Shown here one piece after another: positions 14,824 to 32,879 of a DNA stretch of 37,383 nt (position 1 is its first letter; every line of letters starts with the position of its first letter). The notes under the pieces were generated by a model. That model ran no database searches. It was not told the DNA's origin and saw only the letters and a list, made by a program, of their open reading frames with translations. The position numbers and the translations under genes were made by a program. The DNA lies in contig UYFQ01000843.1 in assembly GCA_900617105.1 (NCBI GenBank), positions 62,001 to 99,383 on the forward strand, in the 5' to 3' direction. The DNA comes from Hydrurus foetidus. Taxonomy: Eukaryota.

Positions 14824-15891
14824 ATGTGTAATGCTGCTTCATCGACACAGTTGAGTTGCGTTGATGAATCGAATGTGATGCAAAAAAAAAACGGCACTAA
14901 CAAACCCGAGTTGACTGGCGAAGCGTTGGGCTTCAAACGCGGACCTGTGACTAACAACATAGGAAATTTCAACCACTCGCGAAGTCCTGACTGGCGAATG
15001 GACACTCTGAATGGAAGCAGAGACATTTCCAATACCGAGCTTCGAAGGACCGATTCACCAGTTGTTGTATTCCGGCATCGTCGGTTCCTCATCACAACTG
15101 GGACTGTAATTATATTCTACGCCCTCATAACAATCTACTGCAATAGAGCCTTTGCACACGGTGCTGTTGCGTTCCTCCGACGGCCAACAATGATGGCCGA
15201 TGATATCACCACTGCTGCAGCTGCGCCTTATTCATTCAACTTGACCTCCATGACAACATCGGAGTCCGTCGTATTTCAGTACCACATTCTCAAAGAAGAA
15301 CGTGAAGCACTCACATTCGGAGACATCGCTCAACTCTTCTCCGAGTCGTCATCAGGAATACATGACTTTTTCTATGACTTGTTACTGAATCATTTCAAGG
15401 GAGACAACAGGGCCTACTTCTTTGAGTGTCCAGCAGTAACACTCACAACTTTAAATCGCGCCTTCGAATTCGTTCTTATTCCATCGAAAGCACTTGAGGG
15501 AACAGTCGCGGATTCTTTCGCTTTCAAGGAACATTTATCGGAAGAAAATGGAGAAGATTGCGTTGTTTCTTTTCGGAACATCGGGGGCGATGCCTCTCTA
15601 GTAGCTCCCTGTCTTCAAACGCCATCTAGAAACATGAAACTGTCTAGCGACAGAATGTCATCAGCCACTGCTCCTAGCTTCGCTCACCTTGCAGCGTTTG
15701 TTCGAAGCGCTTCTTCTTTCCAGGTCACAAACCTCTGGAGGAAAGTCTTTCAAGAACTCCTCTCGAAGCTTTCTAGCGGCACAGGAGAGAAGATCTGGAT
15801 TTCTACAAGTGGTCTGGGCGTGCCTTGGCTGCATGTCCGTCTAGACACCGCCCCTAAATATTACAACTGGCTACCTTATCGTAACGCGTAA
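14824..15891 (+). CDS. Intronless DUF6940-like protein with an N-terminal hydrophobic extension
   Basis: 355-aa ORF with motifs AYFFECP, FEFVL, F.NIGGDASLVAP, AHLAAFVRSA and WISTSGLGVPWLHVRLDTAPKYY, which I recall from the DUF6940 family (no search run). True start uncertain. Confidence 0.75.
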   Translation: MCNAASSTQLSCVDESNVMQKKNGTNKPELTGEALGFKRGPVTNNIGNFNHSRSPDWRMDTLNGSRDISNTELRRTDSPVVVFRHRRFLITTGTVIIFYALITIYCNRAFAHGAVAFLRRPTMMADDITTAAAAPYSFNLTSMTTSESVVFQYHILKEEREALTFGDIAQLFSESSSGIHDFFYDLLLNHFKGDNRAYFFECPAVTLTTLNRAFEFVLIPSKALEGTVADSFAFKEHLSEENGEDCVVSFRNIGGDASLVAPCLQTPSRNMKLSSDRMSSATAPSFAHLAAFVRSASSFQVTNLWRKVFQELLSKLSSGTGEKIWISTSGLGVPWLHVRLDTAPKYYNWLPYRNA

Positions 15892-17510
15892 CCTCCTCCT
15901 TAATCTTTTGTGATCGTGACGAGCTGTCAGAACATCTCGGAAGTGCTTCGTCCCCCAATCAATATCAATACAATCGATTCACCTCCCTTGATACATACCG
16001 ACACTAAAGTTATTTTCAAATTAGAAGTGAGTACCGGGATGGAATTAAGCGAAAGAAAACGCACCATCGCGTATACTCGCTTGGCGCTTTATCTAGGTAC
16101 ACTCTTACGCGGAGGGAGCAGCATGCAGGAAAACTATGAAGTCATCATGTTTTAGAAGACAAAGACCTACAGATCCGTTCTAATAGAGAAGTTGAATCGA
16201 AAAATATATACATTTGATCCAGTGAAATCATTCTACTTTAGAAACTCACGTCTGATATATTGTAGAATAGTTCATTGTAGCACACTGTCCCTTGTTTATT
16301 TGAGATGATCTTTTCTCTCACCATCATTAGAGCATGCTCTAGATCTTTATCATACCTGTTCTCAAACAATACACTGTAATGCCTCGCAATATCAGCACGC
16401 ACTGCTGTACTTTCTTTACGCCCCTTACTTCTCTCACTGTGCTGCACTGGTATCTATCGTCAGTGCGATCCGCATAGCTCGCAACAAGATAATAATGACA
16501 ACCCTCACACATGCTACCATGTTTTATTACAGGAAGAGTACAAGAAGGGTAACCAATAAGACGAAATTAATTTATTTGCTATTCTTTTTTTTACTGAACT
16601 AATCACTAGAGGGAATAGAGAGACGTACTACACAGACTGACTCATTTTCAATTCTTCTCAAATTCTGATATCTCAGCAGAAGGGAAAAGAGTACAGCTCA
16701 CAGCATCAACAGATACGTTGGGTGATGACGCACTGTACGTGCTGTGTAGATCCTGAACCTTTATCGGGAATCTGCTTCTAGACCTGTCTGACTGTCTTCC
16801 GTGGTGACACTGAGCCATGGTATGTTGCTGTTCTCGTATTCGCATGTCTTATAATTTGATGGGTAGTTGACTCAGGCTAAATGCATTCAATCACAAGAAA
16901 AATTATTTGATTATCAAGTTGTCTTACGATAAGTTGATGTGATCACTTGCATTATGATTCTGCAAATAGGTTGTAAATACAGTTAGTGAATAAGGTACCC
17001 GCGTCAGTTTTGCAAGCATGATAGTATTTTGATGATAATGGTGTAAAAAACAAATTTACTTGATAGTTTGTTGATATGGCCCGGATTATTTTGAATCATT
17101 TTATGAAGCAATTCTTGGTCACCCTCTATATACTCATCATCTTTGGCACTGGAACAAACACACACTATTGCCGGCAATTTCCATCCTCGCTAAAACACTA
17201 GATTAAGAAGTCGTCACTGTAAGCCACTGTGATTAACAGCTTATTTGTAGTCGTTGTCAGGGAGAGTTGAAACAGTAAGCAGCATCCGCTGTCGAAATTA
17301 TCATTTCTGATGGAATATCCCTTTCTTTGATGGAATTTGTCATTATCAGGTACAGAACGAGATGCTTATTTGCAGAGCAACGCAGCAACGAAGTTTCCCC
17401 TGATATAACTCAACCGTAATAATATCCATACCTCTGTATGTTGACATACTGTACTTGAAACGTGGTGAATGTAGGTGCCAACGCAACGCCATCTTTACTG
17501 TCGCAATACA

Positions 17511-23705
<6,195 letters not shown>

Positions 23706-26176
23706 TCGAGAACTCCCTTACTGCTCCCTCTCCACGTCTTTTCGTCTTTCCTCTCTTTTCTATTCATTTCCCGTTATCAGTGTTGAAATATCAGACAACC
23801 CTTGGTCTCTTTCTCCCCCTCTTCTTTCCTCTTTCTCCCCCTCTTCTTTCCTCTTATCCACCGCGTTCATTTAACCTTCAGTATCTCACACTCCCCATAG
23901 CCAATTCAAGTCAGTCCACTGACACTGGTTGAGGCAAATGATGGCCTTACAGATGCAGTAAAGGAGAAATTGAGAAGATAAGAGGGATACAAGGAGGAAC
24001 AGATCAGGGGGAGCTGACTGAACTGTGCATATTGTTTATCTGCAAATCGTATTCGAACATAGTATTACATTTATAGACGCCTGGTATTCGACACAGAGCA
24101 CAATACGAAACACACCAACACACCGCCACTAGCGATAGATACATCGGCTCCACTGTCACAGTCCATGACCCTTTCCACTTCCTGCCCATTTGCCTACCTA
24201 GATCACTTTGCTACAGTCGCATTCGATTCGTGAACAGACACGATTATTAGATGAAAACAGGAGATGAAGTGAGACGAGAGGAAGAGAAAGTGGGCAGTGG
24301 TGATGGGAGGCAAAGTCAACTAGACGATTCAAACTAGTACCCCCCCCTCCCTCCTGCCCTCCCCTTCCATATCTGTCCTAACATTCTGAGGAGACAGAGA
24401 GGAGCTGTGTACCTCGAGTTAGTAGCATAGCTCACTGCAGTGTACAGACGATCGGGGTAGCACAGGAAAGAAATAGAGGGAGAGGGGGAAGGTTGAGTTA
24501 AAGTTAGGAACGTCACAGCCTTACTTGGCTCCTTTCCTTCTTCTATTCCACTCCCTATAGCTATCAATACTGTTTGATATTTGTCACCTACCCCATCACT
24601 CCCCACCCTATCACCCCAATTCATCCAACAAACATCTCCCCATCCCATCCCATCTCTGCTAGCATCTTTTGTAGATCAGTCTACGATATTTGTCCTCAGC
24701 AATGAAACCACGCTTGTGTCGAACATACTTGTACTCTTCTAACACTTCCGCCTGTACTCCAATCTTCAACTATTTCATCTCTCGCCAGCTCTGCTGTGCT
24801 CAAATCTTCTTGTTTCTTTGTCCCTACTTCCTCTACCCCCTTCTTTTCTTCTCCTCTATACCTTACTCCTTTGTTCATACTGTACAACACTTAAATATAT
24901 CATTTCACCTCCCTACTTTTATTCGTTCTTCCTTTCTTTTGTTCTTTTGCACCACTTCACTCCTCTGTCCTCTTGCCTTCACTTAGCTCAACACCATTGT
25001 GTTTTGCATCGCAATGCGTTGCATTGCTTTACTGCGCATTGCTTGGCATAAATTACTTTGAGCTGAGTTGGTTTCGAAATGTCTGGTCGATGGACGTCCT
25101 TACATACTTCCTTGACAGACCAGTCCACCGCAGCTTTCTTCCACCTTATCACACCCGACCACCTCCATTCCTTCATCCATCTATGTGCATAGATTATCCT
25201 ATCAGCTCATTTCGCAACTTTTCATTTTATTTCATATTGTTCAATATACATTTTCATTTTAGACTTCATTTAGTTTGCTTCTTTTATTTTCGGATTACCT
25301 CATATATCTTGTACTTAATCTTTTATTCAAAATTAATTCAAATGTTTTGATATTATTTTCTACGGATTTCGTTTCGTTTGAAATTAATTTGCATTGAAGG
25401 CGAATATCAAATTGGATTCAATTTATAAGATAAGTTGAATTGAAGTGAAGAGCAGAAGAAGGCATCGTGCTACGTCGCACTGCACCACAGGTAGATTGTA
25501 CATGCACCTCGCCATAGAGTTATGTCCTGGTATGTTTAGAATTAAAAAATAAGTTTAGAGTTTAGAATTAAAAAATAAGTTTATCCCCACTGTAGAAAAT
25601 TTTTGATTCTGACGCTCACATTAGTTTATCTTGCATATTTATATACAACGAATAAGCCCGTCTGACATAAATTTGACAATTTTAGGGGTCGTCAAATAGT
25701 ATGAAATGTGTAACAAATGCAAATTACTCTGAGTGAGTCAGATATACACCTATTGATGGAGAGCGAGCTGGCATTAATGAGCATCGACTGAACATACTTA
25801 ATCGATCATTTGTAGTCCGCAAATGAAGCGGAATGCGGTAATGAGCGAATAGAAGTCGTCCTCATCAAAAATTGGTAACGATTATAAAACGCAGCACAAA
25901 TCAAAAAAATGACAACACAACTGTGACCAGAATACACAAACGGCATAGCAGCGGGCATCACATCAGTATTCAGGACATAAAACGATCCCAGAGTCCAACC
26001 CCACAGGGATTTAGAAGAACAAAGATCTTCTGCGGTCACATTTTTAAGTGGCCGCCATTCCGGTCTTCGGCTCCGACTTCCCTCATAGGCGCAGCCTCTC
26101 TGGATGAGATGTCTTCGAAATCTCGCTAATAACATTAGTGGAGGTCTATCCTGAGAAACTAATACCCTTCAACAAA

Positions 26177-26644
26177 ATGGCACCAGCACCTACAGGTAAT
26201 TTGATGCGGATTCGCTGATATTTTTCTTCTAATCCGGCGACTCAAGCGTGAAAAAAAATTCCTTAAAACAAACTCCTCACTGGCAGCAATTGTAACCCCG
26301 ATTGCGCTTTTCTGACAGGCAAGAAGTCTAAAAAGACCGTTGAGTCAATCAACTCGCGTCTCCAGCTCGTGATGAAGTCTGGCAAAGCCGCCCTCGGTTA
26401 CAAGACAACCATCAAGGCTCTTAGATCAAACAAGGCAAAGATGGTGATCATTTCCAGCAACACACCTGCCCTGCGCAAATCTGAGATCGAATACTACGCC
26501 ATGCTTGGGAAATGTGCCGTCCACCACTACGTTGGAAACAACTCAGAGCTCGGCACAGCTTGCGGCAAATACTACAGAGTCTCCATGTTGTCAGTTACTG
26601 ACGCCGGTGACTCCGACATCCTTCGCCAGGGAGCAGACGCCTAA
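26177..26644 (+). CDS. RPL30: 60S ribosomal protein eL30, 2 exons
   Basis: Exons 26177-26195 and 26319-26644: [42 protein letters not shown]...[11 protein letters not shown]...[12 protein letters not shown]...GDSDIL. Confidence 0.97.
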
Positions 26645-27448
26645 ATGCTGGAATGTTTACTCATCGACCTACAAATAAAACCACAATGTATAAAACAGCC
26701 TTAAAGAAATATACAGAACAGCCAATAGTCTTTGCCTAACCTTCCGCAATCCTAAGAGGCCTAAAAGTACAGATATTCGACCGCGATGATGCAAAATAAT
26801 TTGTCTAGACTTTTGCGACCAAAATCGCTCAAATCATAATGAGACAACAAATGAAAATCAAAATCGCTGAGCGGTCGAACAACTCATACAAAATCATGAA
26901 GGGCACCCTGGAAACTTACAAACTAGAACATAACAAAAGATGCGATAGTGGTCAAAAATGCGCTGGTCAAAAATGCGCAGAACCAAAATTAAACTGGTCT
27001 GGAAAAATTCTTGTCATGTCCCAAAATTCGAACACTTTCGAATGGCATTGTCGCTTGATTCCTATGTCATGTTCTGATGAAGCTGGGTCAAGTGCTTTCA
27101 ACACTCGCTCCTTTGGGTGAAATGCGAGAAAGTTAGATATCAAAGCCGAGAATACGTGTTAAATTGTCACCGAACAAGTCAGCTACATGCCTTGCAGCTG
27201 ACTCAATGAGCGTGGGCAGAGTGCCTCACAACAAAATGTATACTATACCGTAGTGATCCACGAAGATGATATGATTTGCCAGTGCTGAGAGGTGTGTTTT
27301 CGGTGCAAGATAACGAAGGGCCTCTTTTGGAATGAGCTTCGATTCTTTTGACGTCTTTGCTCACGAAAACATGTATGTCTGGAAACAAAGTGGGCAACAA
27401 GAGTGCCAGTAAGTAGAAATTGTCTGTCAAAAAGGCCTCTCAGGGAAT

Positions 27449-27452
27449 AAAA
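27449..27452 (-). terminator. Putative Pol III terminator (T4) of the left tRNA-Asp
   Basis: TTTT on the minus strand 3 nt after the discriminator base. Confidence 0.65.
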
Positions 27453-27455
27453 CTT

Positions 27456-27573
27456 CTCCTAGCCGGGGAGTCGAACCCCGCTCTCCCGCGTTCGGATGAC
27501 GGAGGATTTCGCCAATGACAGGCGGGTATTAGTGCTGTGTGTACTGCTATACTGACCGATATACTAGCCAGGA
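27456..27573 (-). tRNA. trnD-GTC: tRNA-Asp(GTC) with two introns (21 nt at about 25/26; 25 nt at 37/38)
   Basis: Removing 27548-27528 and 27515-27491 gives the 72-nt TCCTGGCTAGTATATCGGTCAGTATACCCGCCTGTCACGCGGGAGAGCGGGGTTCGACTCCCCGGCTAGGAG. This folds as a full cloverleaf with GTC anticodon, G73 and intact A and B boxes. Confidence 0.92.
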
Positions 27574-28545
27574 TTTGATGATTTCCTTCGTGAAAAGTGA
27601 TTTTTACATACTCTGTATTTGCTGTTGTACAACGCCATCAGCAGGGCATTAGCTGCTCTTCGGCACCATACTGTACCATACTTCGGTACCGTATACTACC
27701 ATACTCCTTACTGTAGAAAATTTAAATTACAGAGAGAATGTAGAAATGCTCTTGCAATCACCGAAGTGGAATATGCGTTATCGAGTCAAACTCGAAGTTT
27801 CAAGAAATGTTTGATCAAAAAGCTAACTGCGATAGCGACACACGGAGAACAGAGCAAGTTGTTAAGCAGTAGTCGTGATCAGGAACGGTCTTAATACGGA
27901 CTAGGCGGACAAGATGCATCAATAATCCTGTCACGGAGACTAAACTTGATCCAAAAATGTTATGCTGTGATTATACGTAGACTCTCCCGGCAAACCGCTC
28001 CTTTTGGTCACTTTTTCAATCGTTTACTACTGCGATGACGGTATAATCAGCGTTGTAACCTCCACAGGAATCAGAGAGGTACTCACAATATCTGTGCACT
28101 GCAACATATATCTTATATGTTTCAGATATTCACATAATTTCCTACAGCAGACGTCGCTAAGACGGTACCATACATGCCTGTAGCACTTATTGTCAGTCGA
28201 CTGTAGCATATTTATGCACGACCCGACAGTTGCGTTGCATTACAGTAGCATTCAAACATTTATCATGTATCAAATAGTGTAGCACTTCCGCACCCAAACA
28301 TCGTCACACACCGTTGTGCATGGACGCTGGCGAGCATTCTGCCGATCTTCCCCTTTGGGGCCATCCGAACCCTGGACCTAATTTTTCTGGACCCTGGACC
28401 AGAGTCAACGTGATCATTACAGCAAGTCTGTACGATCGTATGCCCTTCGAATTTCAGTTTTATCCCTTGTAATTGCGCGTTTTTTTTCCATTACAGCTCA
28501 GAGTTACTTCGCTTCGGAATGACATAAGCCCCGGAAACCACTGTA

Positions 28546-28634
28546 CCCGCGTTCAGATGACGGAGGATTTCGCCAATGACAGGCGGGTATTAGTGCTGTG
28601 TGTACTGCTATACTGACCGATATACTAGCCAGGA
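28546..28634 (-). pseudogene. 3'-truncated tRNA-Asp (nt 1-43 plus both introns), copy 1
   Basis: Matches the full gene up to the anticodon-stem end GCGGG, then continues TACAGTGGTTTCC; no T-arm/B box or 3' acceptor strand. Confidence 0.85.
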
Positions 28635-29606
28635 TTTGATGATTTCCTTCGTGAAAAGTGATTTTTACATACTCTGTATTTGCTGTTGTACAACGCCATC
28701 AGCAGGGCATTAGCTGCTCTTCGGCACCATACTGTACCATACTTCGGTACCGTATACTACCATACTCCTTACTGTAGAAAATTTAAATTACAGAGAGAAT
28801 GTAGAAATGCTCTTGCAATCACCGAAGTGGAATATGCGTTATCGAGTCAAACTCGAAGTTTCAAGAAATGTTTGATCAAAAAGCTAACTGCGATAGCGAC
28901 ACACGGAGAACAGAGCAAGTTGTTAAGCAGTAGTCGTGATCAGGAACGGTCTTAATACGGACTAGGCGGACAAGATGCATCAATAATCCTGTCACGGAGA
29001 CTAAACTTGATCCAAAAATGTTATGCTGTGATTATACGTAGACTCTCCCGGCAAACCGCTCCTTTTGGTCACTTTTTCAATCGTTTACTACTGCGATGAC
29101 GGTATAATCAGCGTTGTAACCTCCACAGGAATCAGAGAGGTACTCACAATATCTGTGCACTGCAACATATATCTTATATGTTTCAGATATTCACATAATT
29201 TCCTACAGCAGACGTCGCTAAGACGGTACCATACATGCCTGTAGCACTTATTGTCAGTCGACTGTAGCATATTTATGCACGACCCGACAGTTGCGTTGCA
29301 TTACAGTAGCATTCAAACATTTATCATGTATCAAATAGTGTAGCACTTCCGCACCCAAACATCGTCACACACCGTTGTGCATGGACGCTGGCGAGCATTC
29401 TGCCGATCTTCCCCTTTGGGGCCATCCGAACCCTGGACCTAATTTTTCTGGACCCTGGACCAGAGTCAACGTGATCATTACAGCAAGTCTGTACGATCGT
29501 ATGCCCTTCGAATTTCAGTTTTATCCCTTGTAATTGCGCGTTTTTTTTCCATTACAGCTCAGAGTTACTTCGCTTCGGAATGACATAAGCCCCGGAAACC
29601 ACTGTA

Positions 29607-29695
29607 CCCGCGTTCAGATGACGGAGGATTTCGCCAATGACAGGCGGGTATTAGTGCTGTGTGTACTGCTATACTGACCGATATACTAGCCAGGA
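29607..29695 (-). pseudogene. 3'-truncated tRNA-Asp, copy 2
   Basis: Same sequence and junction as copy 1. Confidence 0.85.
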
Positions 29696-30668
29696 TTTGA
29701 TGATTTCCTTCGTGAAAAGTGATTTTTACATACTCTGTATTTGCTGTTGTACAACACCATCAGCAGGGCATTAGCTGCTCTTCGGCACCATACTGTACCA
29801 TACTTCGGTACCGTATACTACCATACTCCTTACTGTAGAAAATTTAAATTACAGAGAGAATGTAGAAATGCTCTTGCAATCACCGAAGTGGAATATGCGT
29901 TATCGAGTCAAACTCGAAGTTTCAAGAAATGTTTGATCAAAAAGCTAACTGCGATAGCGACACACGGAGAACAGAGCAAGTTGTTAAGCAGTAGTCGTGA
30001 TCAGGAACGGTCTTAATACGGACTAGGCGGACAAGATGCATCAATAATCCTGTCACGGAGACTAAACTTGATCCAAAAATATTATGCTGTGATTATACGT
30101 AGACTCTCCCGGCAAACCGCTCCTTTTGGTCACTTTTTCAATCGTTTACTACTGCGATGACGGTATAATCAGCGTTGTAACCTCCACAGGAATCAGAGAG
30201 GTACTCACAATATCTGTGCACTGCAACATATATCTTATATGTTTCAGATATTCACATAATTTCCTACAGCAGACGTCGCTAAGACGGTACCATACATGCC
30301 TGTAGCACTTATTGTCAGTCGACTGTAGCATATTTATGCACGACCCGACAGTTGCGTTGCATTACAGTAGCATTCAAACATTTATCATGTATCAAATAGT
30401 GTAGCACTTCCGCACCCAAACATCGTCACACACCGTTGTGCATGGACGCTGGCGAGCATTCTGCCGATCTTCCCCTTTGGGGCCATCCGAACCCTGGACC
30501 TAATTTTTCTGGACCCTGGACCAGAGTCAACGTGATCATTACAGCAAGTCTGTACGATCGTATGCCCTTCGAATTTCAGTTTTATCCCTTGTAATTGCGC
30601 GTTTTTTTTCCATTACAGCTCAGAGTTACTTCGCTTCGGAATGACATAACACCCCGGAAACCACTGTA

Positions 30669-30757
30669 CCCGCGTTCAGATGACGGAGGATTTCGCCAAT
30701 GACAGGCGGGTATTAGTGCTGTGTGTACTGCTATACTGACCGATATACTAGCCAGGA
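30669..30757 (-). pseudogene. 3'-truncated tRNA-Asp, copy 3
   Basis: Same sequence and junction as copy 1. Confidence 0.85.
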
Positions 30758-31729
30758 TTTGATGATTTCCTTCGTGAAAAGTGATTTTTACATACTCTGT
30801 ATTTGCTGTTGTACAACGCCATCAGCAGGGCATTAGCTGCTCTTCGGCACCATACTGTACCATACTTCGGTACCGTATACTACCATACTCCTTACTGTAG
30901 AAAATTTAAATTACAGAGAGAATGTAGAAATGCTCTTGCAATCACCGAAGTGGAATATGCGTTATCGAGTCAAACTCGAAGTTTCAAGAAATGTTTGATC
31001 AAAAAGCTAACTGCGATAGCGACACACGGAGAACAGAGCAAGTTGTTAAGCAGTAGTCGTGATCAGGAACGGTCTTAATACGGACTAGGCGGACAAGATG
31101 CATCAATAATCCTGTCACGGAGACTAAACTTGATCCAAAAATATTATGCTGTGATTATACGTAGACTCTCCCGGCAAACCGCTCCTTTTGGTCACTTTTT
31201 CAATCGTTTACTACTGCGATGACGGTATAATCAGCGTTGTAACCTCCACAGGAATCAGAGAGGTACTCACAATATCTGTGCACTGCAACATATATCTTAT
31301 ATGTTTCAGATATTCACATAATTTCCTACAGCAGACGTCGCTAAGACGGTACCATACATGCCTGTAGCACTTATTGTCAGTCGACTGTAGCATATTTATG
31401 CACGACCCGACAGTTGCGTTGCATTACAGTAGCATTCAAACATTTATCATGTATCAAATAGTGTAGCACTTCCGCACCCAAACATCGTCACACACCGTTG
31501 TGCATGGACGCTGGCGAGCATTCTGCCGATCTTCCCCTTTGGGGCCATCCGAACCCTGGACCTAATTTTTCTGGACCCTGGACCAGAGTCAACGTGATCA
31601 TTACAGCAAGTCTGTACGATCGTATGCCCTTCGAATTTCAGTTTTATCCCTTGTAATTGCGCGTTTTTTTTCCATTACAGCTCAGAGTTACTTCGCTTCG
31701 GAATGACATAAGCCCCGGAAACCACTGTA

Positions 31730-31818
31730 CCCGCGTTCAGATGACGGAGGATTTCGCCAATGACAGGCGGGTATTAGTGCTGTGTGTACTGCTATACTGA
31801 CCGATATACTAGCCAGGA
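31730..31818 (-). pseudogene. 3'-truncated tRNA-Asp, copy 4
   Basis: Same sequence and junction as copy 1. Confidence 0.85.
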
Positions 31819-32790
31819 TTTGATGATTTCCTTCGTGAAAAGTGATTTTTACATACTCTGTATTTGCTGTTGTACAACGCCATCAGCAGGGCATTAGCTG
31901 CTCTTCGGCACCATACTGTACCATACTTCGGTACCGTATACTACCATACTCCTTACTGTAGAAAATTTAAATTACAGAGAGAATGTAGAAATGCTCTTGC
32001 AATCACCGAAGTGGAATATGCGTTATCGAGTCAAACTCGAAGTTTCAAGAAATGTTTGATCAAAAAGCTAACTGCGATAGCGACACACGGAGAACAGAGC
32101 AAGTTGTTAAGCAGTAGTCGTGATCAGGAACGGTCTTAATACGGACTAGGCGGACAAGATGCATCAATAATCCTGTCACGGAGACTAAACTTGATCCAAA
32201 AATATTATGCTGTGATTATACGTAGACTCTCCCGGCAAACCGCTCCTTTTGGTCACTTTTTCAATCGTTTACTACTGCGATGACGGTATAATCAGCGTTG
32301 TAACCTCCACAGGAATCAGAGAGGTACTCACAATATCTGTGCACTGCAACATATATCTTATATGTTTCAGATATTCACATAATTTCCTACAGCAGACGTC
32401 GCTAAGACGGTACCATACATGCCTGTAGCACTTATTGTCAGTCGACTGTAGCATATTTATGCACGACCCGACAGTTGCGTTGCATTACAGTAGCATTCAA
32501 ACATTTATCATGTATCAAATAGTGTAGCACTTCCGCACCCAAACATCGTCACACACCGTTGTGCATGGACGCTGGCGAGCATTCTGCCGATCTTCCCCTT
32601 TGGGGCCATCCGAACCCTGGACCTAATTTTTCTGGACCCTGGACCAGAGTCAACGTGATCATTACAGCAAGTCTGTACGATCGTATGCCCTTCGAATTTC
32701 AGTTTTATCCCTTGTAATTGCGCGTTTTTTTTCCATTACAGCTCAGAGTTACTTCGCTTCGGAATGACATAAGCCCCGGAAACCACTGTA

Positions 32791-32879
32791 CCCGCGTTCA
32801 GATGACGGAGGATTTCGCCAATGACAGGCGGGTATTAGTGCTGTGTGTACTGCTATACTGACCGATATACTAGCCAGGA
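32791..32879 (-). pseudogene. 3'-truncated tRNA-Asp, copy 5
   Basis: Same sequence and junction as copy 1; lies in the partial last unit. Confidence 0.85.

Larger units (their letters stand above)
27047..28427. repeat. Left arm of a 1381-bp inverted repeat
   Basis: Reverse complement of 33153-34533 (paired coordinates sum to 61580); about 5 substitutions seen by eye. Confidence 0.95.

Noticed and set aside
24004..26135. Short ORFs between the CCT gene and RPL30
   Set aside because: No recognisable domain and no consistent exon chain.
26196..26318. Intronic snoRNA in RPL30 (also checked an RPS25 intron)
   Set aside because: No convincing C/D box pair; the terminal CTGAC is better explained as part of the 3' splice signal.
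27074..27125. Hammerhead ribozyme core (CTGATGA...GAAA)
   Set aside because: Stem II does not close next to GAAA and I could not build stems I or III.
27728..27745. U6 snRNA ACAGAGA box
   Set aside because: The following U6 sequence (AGATTAGCATGGCCCC) is absent.
27926..27952. Second degenerate tRNA-Asp (CCTGTCACGGAGAC)
   Set aside because: Only a short match, with no D-arm, T-arm or acceptor stem; chance level.
28520..28545. RNase MRP CR-V-like GGGGCTTA on the minus strand
   Set aside because: No matching CR-I (GAAAGTCCCC) upstream to form P4.
28546..28700. Circularly permuted tRNA
   Set aside because: No tRNA 3' half lies upstream of the 5' pieces; their upstream sequence is the same as for the complete genes.
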